64,000 bases of DNA from a virus (taxonomy: Duplodnaviria > Caudoviricetes), in IMG/VR virus record IMGVR_UViG_2906626472_000001, positions 32,001-96,000 of that record; one strand, 5' to 3'. A program made the translations under genes and the position numbers. The notes under the pieces were generated by a model. It was not told the origin of the DNA. It made no database searches and saw only the letters and a program-made list of their open reading frames with translations. Every line of letters begins with the position of its first letter. Position 1 is the first letter of the stretch. Of the stretch, positions 57,949-64,000 are shown piece by piece.

Positions 57949-58697
57949 TGTCAAAGTTCGTAGAGCTGGCCAGGAAACTGGACAGCATCCCGCATCTCGA
58001 CCTCGGCCGAAGCTTTGAGGTGGAGAGGCTTCAAGCGGAGCTGGACTCAATCGACTCAGCATTGTTCGTGCCGTACCGCACGGTGAGCAGATACAAGCAG
58101 CTCATCGCGAACAACTGGCAAGGCCTGTCGATGGTGGCGCCACACGGCTCCATCCATGACGATCTGACGGAGGAGTTCAACGGGCCTCCGCTCGACGCTA
58201 CCTGGACGTCGGTTGCCGAGCAGTGCCCTTACATGAAGCAGGTGATCACCGAGCTTGGCGGCGAGGGCCAGCGCGTGCGCTTGATGCGAGTGATGCCCGA
58301 AGGTCGCCTGACATGGCACCGTCACGGCAACGAGACTTCGGTCGAGAACGGCAAGATCCTCGGCGGCCTTCGTCCCAACTGGCACGAGCTGATCGTCCAC
58401 GTCCCTGTCAGGACGAACCCGGAGTTCAGTTACGAAGTCATCGAAGTTCCTTCATATCAATTGATCGACTTCATGACCGAGCCGCTGGCGATCCACCGCA
58501 AGAACTACCCGGCCGGCGAGGCCTGGGGTTTCAACTCGGTCCACGTCCACAACGTGTTCAACCGCTCCAAGACCGAACCGCGATACGCTCTGATGCTGAG
58601 CCTCGACATCAGGATGAAGAAGACCTTCGACATCGTCTCCAAGGCGGTCGAGCGCTACATCGCGAACGGCGAGGGGCCTTTAATGCCAGGGCTCTGA
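57948..58697 (+). CDS. AspH-like Fe(II) oxygenase 2 (tandem paralogue)
   Basis: Colinear with oxygenase 1 (MSKFV.LA..LD.IPHL, LTWHRHG, RPNW.E, HNVFNRS, DIRMKKTFDIVSKA). Confidence 0.75.
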   Translation: MSKFVELARKLDSIPHLDLGRSFEVERLQAELDSIDSALFVPYRTVSRYKQLIANNWQGLSMVAPHGSIHDDLTEEFNGPPLDATWTSVAEQCPYMKQVITELGGEGQRVRLMRVMPEGRLTWHRHGNETSVENGKILGGLRPNWHELIVHVPVRTNPEFSYEVIEVPSYQLIDFMTEPLAIHRKNYPAGEAWGFNSVHVHNVFNRSKTEPRYALMLSLDIRMKKTFDIVSKAVERYIANGEGPLMPGL

Positions 58698-58698
58698 A

Positions 58699-59121
58699 AT
58701 GCAAACCATTCTGTCTTCGAAGCCCCCTGTCGTTCTCGAAGACGACTTCAATGTTGCCACCAACGAAGACTGGGTTCGTGAGTGGCAGCTCAAGAATGAT
58801 GACGAAATCGTCCCGCTCGACACGTCCTGGAAACTGTACTCGCAGCTCCAGAGACAGAACACGGGCGACATCGCCGTCATGCTCTCAACCGACAACGGTC
58901 GACTCGTCGTCACCGATCGGCAAGCCGGCAAATTCGGCCTCAGGCTGAAGCAGGCTGACGCCAATCAGTGTCCGCCCGGGACGTACCTGTATGACATCGT
59001 CCTCGTTGCTGGCGATGGCATCTACCGCTTGGTCACAGGGACGATCATCGTCCAGCAGGGGATCACCAACGTCCCCGGCCAGGAGACGTGGAAGCATGTT
59101 CCGCTGATCCTCAGACCATAA
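58699..59121 (+). CDS. Ig-like structural protein (BppU-N-like)
   Basis: PPGTYLYDIVL......RLVTGTIIVQQGIT pattern. Confidence 0.55.
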   Translation: MQTILSSKPPVVLEDDFNVATNEDWVREWQLKNDDEIVPLDTSWKLYSQLQRQNTGDIAVMLSTDNGRLVVTDRQAGKFGLRLKQADANQCPPGTYLYDIVLVAGDGIYRLVTGTIIVQQGITNVPGQETWKHVPLILRP

Positions 59122-59147
59122 CCATCGACAACAAATCCAACCCTCCA

Positions 59148-59176
59148 GCCGCCCCTCCCGGGCGGCGTTTTTGTTT
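59148..59176 (+). terminator. Hairpin plus T-tract before the sheath gene
   Basis: GCCGCCC-CTCCC-GGGCGGC-GTTTTTGTTT. Confidence 0.65.
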
Positions 59177-59187
59177 GGGAGAACCAA

Positions 59188-60624
59188 GTGACTGTTCAAT
59201 ACCTCCACGGCATCGAGACGATCGAACTCGATAGCCCCTCCGGCCCGGTCGAGACCGTCAAGTCGAACGTGATCGGCTTGGTCGGCACGGCGCCGAACGC
59301 CGACCCGGATCTCTTCCCGCTCAACACTCCGGTCGCTGTGTTCGCCGACGCCCTCAAGGCCGGCTCGCTGAAGACGGACGGCACGCTGCTCGACGCCGTG
59401 GACGCCATCTACAGCCAGAAGTCGGCTGTGGTGGTCGTGGTCCGCGTCGCAGAGGGCACGTCCACGGAAGAGACCTGGTCCAACGCTGTCGGTTCGCCGA
59501 CCGGCAAGACCGGCGTCTGGTCGCTGCTCAAGGCGCGTCCGATGCTTCAGGTCATTCCGAAGCTGCTCGTCGCTCCCGGCCTCACCTCCGGTCGCCCGAC
59601 CAACGGTCTGCGCAACCTGGTGATCGGTGACACGGGCGCGAACTACGTCCAGGGCACGACCGGCATCACCATCGCGCCGCCCCCGGCCGGCGGACGCCAG
59701 GCCACGGCCCGCGCGCAGGTGGTCGGCGGCAAGCTGACCGGCGCGATCATCACCGACCCCGGCTACGGCTACGACAGCATTCCCGCCGTCACCGTCACGG
59801 GCGCCGGCACGGGCGCCACGGTCACCGCAACCCTCGGCCACGTCGCCAACCCGGTTGGCGTGTCCTTCGCCTCGATCGTCGACCGCCTCCGCGCGGTGGC
59901 GTTCCTCGACGGCCCCGGCACCTCGTACGAAGACGCGGTCGAGTACCGCGGCGACTACGGCAGCCAGCGCATCTCGATCGTCGATCCGGGTGTCCTGAGC
60001 TGGGATACCGAGAACTCCATCTACGTGCAGAAGCCGGCGTCCGCCTACGCGGCCGGCATCCAGGCGCGGATCGATGAGGAGAAGGGCTTCTGGTACTCGT
60101 TCTCGAACGAGGTGATCCAGAATATCGGCGGCCCCGCCCGTCCGGTCGACTTCATGCCGAACGACCGCGACTGCGAAGCCAACATGCTCAACAGCCAGCA
60201 GATCACGACCATCATCCACGATGATGGCTTCCGGTTCTGGGGTGTTCGTGGCACCGGCACCGACCCGCTCTGGGCGCATCTGTCGGTCCGCCGCACCGCG
60301 GACATGATCTACGAGTCGCTGGAGCGTGCCGAGCGCTCCCGCATGGACAAGCCGTTCAGCCTTCAGCTGCTCTCCGGCATCCAGGGCGATGTCAACAAGT
60401 ACCTCCGCCTGCTGAAGGCGCGCGGTGCTCTGATCGGCGGCCGGTCGTGGATCGATCCCCACGTCAACACCCCGGCGACCTTCGCCGCTGGTGAGCTGAC
60501 GGTGGACTTCGACCTCGAACCCCCGGCGCTCCTGGAGCACCTGCAGTTCCGCGCGCAGCGTCGCCCGGACTACTACAGCGACTTCATCGAAGAGTTCACC
60601 CGCACCATCGCCAACAACGGCTAA
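59188..60624 (+). CDS. Contractile tail sheath protein (P2 FI-like) with inserted domain
   Basis: YLHGIETIE, IGLVGTAP, G.W.S.SN, GFRFWG.R and VRRTAD. Confidence 0.95.
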   Translation: MTVQYLHGIETIELDSPSGPVETVKSNVIGLVGTAPNADPDLFPLNTPVAVFADALKAGSLKTDGTLLDAVDAIYSQKSAVVVVVRVAEGTSTEETWSNAVGSPTGKTGVWSLLKARPMLQVIPKLLVAPGLTSGRPTNGLRNLVIGDTGANYVQGTTGITIAPPPAGGRQATARAQVVGGKLTGAIITDPGYGYDSIPAVTVTGAGTGATVTATLGHVANPVGVSFASIVDRLRAVAFLDGPGTSYEDAVEYRGDYGSQRISIVDPGVLSWDTENSIYVQKPASAYAAGIQARIDEEKGFWYSFSNEVIQNIGGPARPVDFMPNDRDCEANMLNSQQITTIIHDDGFRFWGVRGTGTDPLWAHLSVRRTADMIYESLERAERSRMDKPFSLQLLSGIQGDVNKYLRLLKARGALIGGRSWIDPHVNTPATFAAGELTVDFDLEPPALLEHLQFRAQRRPDYYSDFIEEFTRTIANNG

Positions 60625-60723
60625 GGCGCGGCTCTTCGAGCCAACCACACCCACCAACATCGCTAGTCGCGAGCCGCTCGGTCCTACGGGGCCGGGCGCG
60701 CTTTCGTCTGGCTGGAGACATCA

Positions 60724-61248
60724 ATGGCAAATCTTCGCGACTCCAACATTTTCCAGGACTTCACGGTCTGGATCAACGACAACGGCAAGATCGGCGAAGC
60801 GCCGAACTTCCAGCCGCCCGAGATCAACATCCAAACGGAAGAGTTCCGCGGCGGCGGTATGGACGGCACCGTCGAAATCCCGATGGGCATCGAGAAGATC
60901 GAGTTCGACTTCGAGCTGCACACCTGGGACGAGGAGGTCTGGGCCAACCTCGGCTACGGCGTCGGCTCGCTCGACGTTCCGATCACCTTCCGCGGCTATC
61001 TGCTCACGGCGGGCGGCGCTGAGAAGGGCGTGATCATCGAGACGCACTCGCTGATCAAGTCGATCAAGCCCGGCAAGGTCGAACCTGGCAAGAAGGCCAG
61101 CATGACCATCAACCTCTGCGCCAACTACTACCGGCACGAGATCAACGGCGTCACCGTCACCGAAATCGATGTGTTCAACAAGATCAACATCATCGGCGGC
61201 ACCGACAAGACGTCGAACGCGCGACGGATTCTCGGCTTCACCTACTAA
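60724..61248 (+). CDS. Tail tube protein (P2 FII-like)
   Basis: TEEFRGGGMDG.VEI.MG.EK.E and YY...ING....EID. Confidence 0.95.
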   Translation: MANLRDSNIFQDFTVWINDNGKIGEAPNFQPPEINIQTEEFRGGGMDGTVEIPMGIEKIEFDFELHTWDEEVWANLGYGVGSLDVPITFRGYLLTAGGAEKGVIIETHSLIKSIKPGKVEPGKKASMTINLCANYYRHEINGVTVTEIDVFNKINIIGGTDKTSNARRILGFTY

Positions 61249-61273
61249 GCCGTAGCGACCGTCCGACCAACTG

Positions 61274-61307
61274 GGCCCTGCCAATCCTGGCGGGGCCTTT
61301 TTCTTTT
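61274..61307 (+). terminator. Terminator after the tail tube gene
   Basis: GGCCCTGCCA-ATCC-TGGCGGGGCC-TTTTTCTTTT. Confidence 0.75.
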
Positions 61308-61333
61308 CTACCCAAGCAAGGTGTGCAAACCAA

Positions 61334-61609
61334 ATGACCGAGAAAGTTTTCGAACTGAAATACCCCTTTGAGTATCGCGGTGCGCGGTACGAGAAGATGA
61401 CCGCCCGCCGCCCGAAGGTGCGTGACCTCCGCAACTTCATCAAGAACGTCGAGAAGGACTCCGTCAACGCGATGGAGAAGGTGCTGGCTGATCTCATGGA
61501 GGTCGACACCCTGATCATCTCCGAGATCGACGTCGAGGACTTCGGCCCCATGAAGGCGTGGTTCGAAGGTTTTTTGAAGAGCATGCTGGGCGAGTCGGAA
61601 GATTCCTAA
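61334..61609 (+). CDS. Tail assembly chaperone (gpE-like)
   Basis: LKYP...RRPKVRD...D.EDF between the tube and tape measure genes. Confidence 0.85.
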   Translation: MTEKVFELKYPFEYRGARYEKMTARRPKVRDLRNFIKNVEKDSVNAMEKVLADLMEVDTLIISEIDVEDFGPMKAWFEGFLKSMLGESEDS

Positions 61610-61770
61610 TCGACTCCTTCCCGATCTTCGAGCGTTTCAAATGGACGCTCGAAGACGTGGAGTCGCTGGACTTCTATGACTTCTGTCTGATCGCAGACGG
61701 CGTCCAGGAACTCAATCGGCGAGATGCCGAAGAAATCGTGAAGATACGTCAGGCCCAGGGCAGCAAGTAG
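61570..61770 (+). CDS. -1 frameshift extension of the chaperone (gpE'-like)
   Basis: Slippery TTTTTTG at 61570-61576; the -1 frame is open to 61770 with FKWTLEDVESLDFYDF. Confidence 0.75.
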   Translation, partial: FFEEHAGRVGRFLIDSFPIFERFKWTLEDVESLDFYDFCLIADGVQELNRRDAEEIVKIRQAQGSK

Positions 61771-61803
61771 CCCTGGGTTTTCCTTTTTGTTTCGAGGAAG
61801 CGA

Positions 61804-64000
61804 ATGTCCAACAACAATCTCGACATCAGGGCAAGGCTTACCGCCGAGGACCACGCGTCCGCGACGGTCGTCAAGCTCCTGGCGAAGATCAAGAGCCTCG
61901 AAGCTCAGATGGCGAAGCTCGGCAAGGCCGGCAACGCCATCACCGACATCCCTATGGAGGGCTACGTCAAGAAGATCAACGCCGCGGGCAAGGCGCTGAA
62001 CGGACTGACGCAGAAGCACCTCAACTGGGCAAAGGCAAACGGTGCATCGGGCGACAAGGCCCAGTGGCACTGGACCAAGCTCACCAACGATATTCAGAAG
62101 GCGAAGGACGACCACGAGAAGTACGTCAACTCGCGCGTCCGCGGCCACAAGAAGCTCGCGAAGGCGGCTCAGGAGGAGCTGTACCAGCACTACAAGAACG
62201 CCCAGGCGTTCAAGTACATCTACAACAAGACCAACGATGAGCGCCTCGACCTTCAGCGCCGGTTCCACAAGGAGCTTGGCGAGCTTGAAGGATCCCATCT
62301 GCGGAACATCGAAAACTCCCACCGCGCTCACTTCCGCAACCTCGCTGCGATGCGACGGAGCGCGATGAACAGCATGCGGTCGATGTCCAACATCGGCAGC
62401 AGAGCGATCCCATACGCTGCGGCAGGCGCTGCGGCTTCCGGCTATGCCGGCGTGTCGGCTCTCCGCACCCGCATGCGGATCAACGACGCCGAAACCAACA
62501 TGCAGATCTTCGGTGGCCTCGACCCTGAGGCCGTCAAGAAGATGCGCAAGGAATGGGGCAACGCGGACGCCATCAAGTTCGGCCTGTCGCCGGACGCGAT
62601 GATGAACTCGTACACCGAGGTCATCAAGGCCGGTATTCCTGAGGCAATCGCGAAGGCGGTCACCGAGTCGATCGTCAAGTCGTCGATCGGCCTGGAAATG
62701 GACTCGCTCCAGACGACCAAGCTGGCCGGTTCGGCCGCGACGCTGCTCGGCGACATGAAGAACCTCGATCCGAAGAAGATCGACTCGATCATGGGCGCCA
62801 TCGCAATCGCAGCCCGCGACTCGAGGGCTGACGCCAACGAAATCGTCGCCGCCAACAAGCGCGGCAGCTCGGTTATGGCCATGGGCATGTCCATGGAAGA
62901 TCTGTCGGCGTTCACGGCCGGCGGCATCTCCGCTGGTATCCAGCAGGGCAAGGCCGGTACCATGATGGACCACATCGTGTCCGAGTTGCTCGGCGCCAGG
63001 TTCAAGAATGGGAAGCGCGGCCAGGATCTCGGCAAGGCCGCGAACCTGTTGGGCATGGGTGGAAAGCAGGGCTTCTCTGCCCGTATGGCTTCAAACCCGA
63101 CCGAAACCTTGATGAAAATCTTGGATAAGGTCGGCACCATGAAGCCGATGCAGCAGGAGCAGATTGCTCAGCTGATCGGCCAGGACCAGTGGAGCGGCGA
63201 GTTCCTGCAGATGGTGCAGGCTCGCGAGAAGATCCGCGAGATCCTCGACAACATCAAGAACCCGAAGAACGCAAACTTCAACGACGATGCTGCCGCGAAG
63301 AAGATCAACAGTCTGACCGGGCGCTGGAAGTCGATGGTGACCGCTTTCACCCTGCTGTGGGAAGCGGTTGGCGCCGGTTTGGAGAAGATGTTCGGCCAGT
63401 TCGCCAGCTTCTTCATCGACTACGCCGGCAAGGCCGACACCTCGAAGATCACAGAGACGGTCGAAGCGTTCACTGACGGTATCATCCAGGGGCTCGGATA
63501 CGAGAGCTGGACGGCAATGCTCAGGGACGTCTTCGGCGATCCGGCCAATATCCGCAGCTACGGCAAGGAGTTCGGCGGATTCGCCAAGGGCTTCATGGCC
63601 GGCATGAAGGAGATCTACGACGGCGTCAAGTTCGTCATCACCGGTCTGATCAATGCCTTCGGGCTTGACTCGAAGGACCCGGAAGCGATGGGCAAGTTCA
63701 CCGCTCGCATCATCGAGTTCGCGGCTGCCATCAAGACGATCGGCTCGGTCGCTGATGTCCTCGCCAGCATCGTGACTTTCCTGGAAGGGCTCGCTGCGGT
63801 CGTCGCATTGATTGTCGCGCCCGAGGTTGCCGTGCCCATCCTGGGCGTGGGTATCGGCGCGTATCTGGGCAAGAAGCTGCACGACTATTGGTACGGACCA
63901 GACAGCAAGGCTCCGCCGCCTGTGGGAGAGCCGAAGCGCAAGCCGGGAACGAGCCAGCAGGAGTGGCAAAAGCAGATCGACGACTACACGCGCGATCGGC
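61804..64000 (+). CDS. Tape measure protein (truncated at the right edge)
   Basis: ATG 61804 (MSNNNLDIRARLTAEDHAS...) after a GAGGAAG RBS; long helical Ala/Gly/Lys-rich frame following the chaperone. Confidence 0.9.
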   Translation, partial: MSNNNLDIRARLTAEDHASATVVKLLAKIKSLEAQMAKLGKAGNAITDIPMEGYVKKINAAGKALNGLTQKHLNWAKANGASGDKAQWHWTKLTNDIQKAKDDHEKYVNSRVRGHKKLAKAAQEELYQHYKNAQAFKYIYNKTNDERLDLQRRFHKELGELEGSHLRNIENSHRAHFRNLAAMRRSAMNSMRSMSNIGSRAIPYAAAGAAASGYAGVSALRTRMRINDAETNMQIFGGLDPEAVKKMRKEWGNADAIKFGLSPDAMMNSYTEVIKAGIPEAIAKAVTESIVKSSIGLEMDSLQTTKLAGSAATLLGDMKNLDPKKIDSIMGAIAIAARDSRADANEIVAANKRGSSVMAMGMSMEDLSAFTAGGISAGIQQGKAGTMMDHIVSELLGARFKNGKRGQDLGKAANLLGMGGKQGFSARMASNPTETLMKILDKVGTMKPMQQEQIAQLIGQDQWSGEFLQMVQAREKIREILDNIKNPKNANFNDDAAAKKINSLTGRWKSMVTAFTLLWEAVGAGLEKMFGQFASFFIDYAGKADTSKITETVEAFTDGIIQGLGYESWTAMLRDVFGDPANIRSYGKEFGGFAKGFMAGMKEIYDGVKFVITGLINAFGLDSKDPEAMGKFTARIIEFAAAIKTIGSVADVLASIVTFLEGLAAVVALIVAPEVAVPILGVGIGAYLGKKLHDYWYGPDSKAPPPVGEPKRKPGTSQQEWQKQIDDYTRDR

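Noticed and set aside
38132-63969. Long minus-strand ORFs (38132-39694, 41762-43117, 45014-47353, 49924-51771, 58885-60660, 61606-62973)
   Set aside because: Antisense to clearly identified structural genes, with no recognisable motifs.
1-64000. Integrase, att site, endolysin, DNA polymerase
   Set aside because: No supporting motifs seen; lifestyle and replication mode cannot be determined from this window.

Overview
High-GC tailed-phage (or prophage) DNA from a contractile-tailed myovirus with P2/Mu-like tail genes. The host is probably an alphaproteobacterium; several genes resemble proteins I recall from Bradyrhizobium (inference, no search run). Layout: (1) 1-19.3 kb, a leftward block of mostly small early genes ending in rIIA, with an M28-like peptidase, a PRTase and a low-GC HEPN-like moron; (2) 19.3-20.9 kb, a long non-coding, hairpin-rich region; (3) 20.9-22.7 kb, an array of small genes separated by six copies of a 23-bp hairpin repeat; (4) 22.8-36.5 kb, accessory genes (ATP-dependent ligase domain, HslV-like protease, thioredoxin, ParA-like ATPase, collagen/S74 fibre, four tRNAs); (5) 36.5-64 kb, terminase, portal, scaffold, capsid, neck, baseplate, fibres, sheath, tube, a frameshifted chaperone and a truncated tape measure. 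The most striking element is a RiPP-like modification cluster inside the tail-fibre module (53.3-58.7 kb). It has two paralogous ~75-aa proteins ending in EWxCACDCNCxCGK, followed by a membrane desaturase, a GNAT-like protein, a radical SAM/SPASM enzyme and two AspH-like oxygenases. All product calls come from reading motifs by eye, not from database searches.
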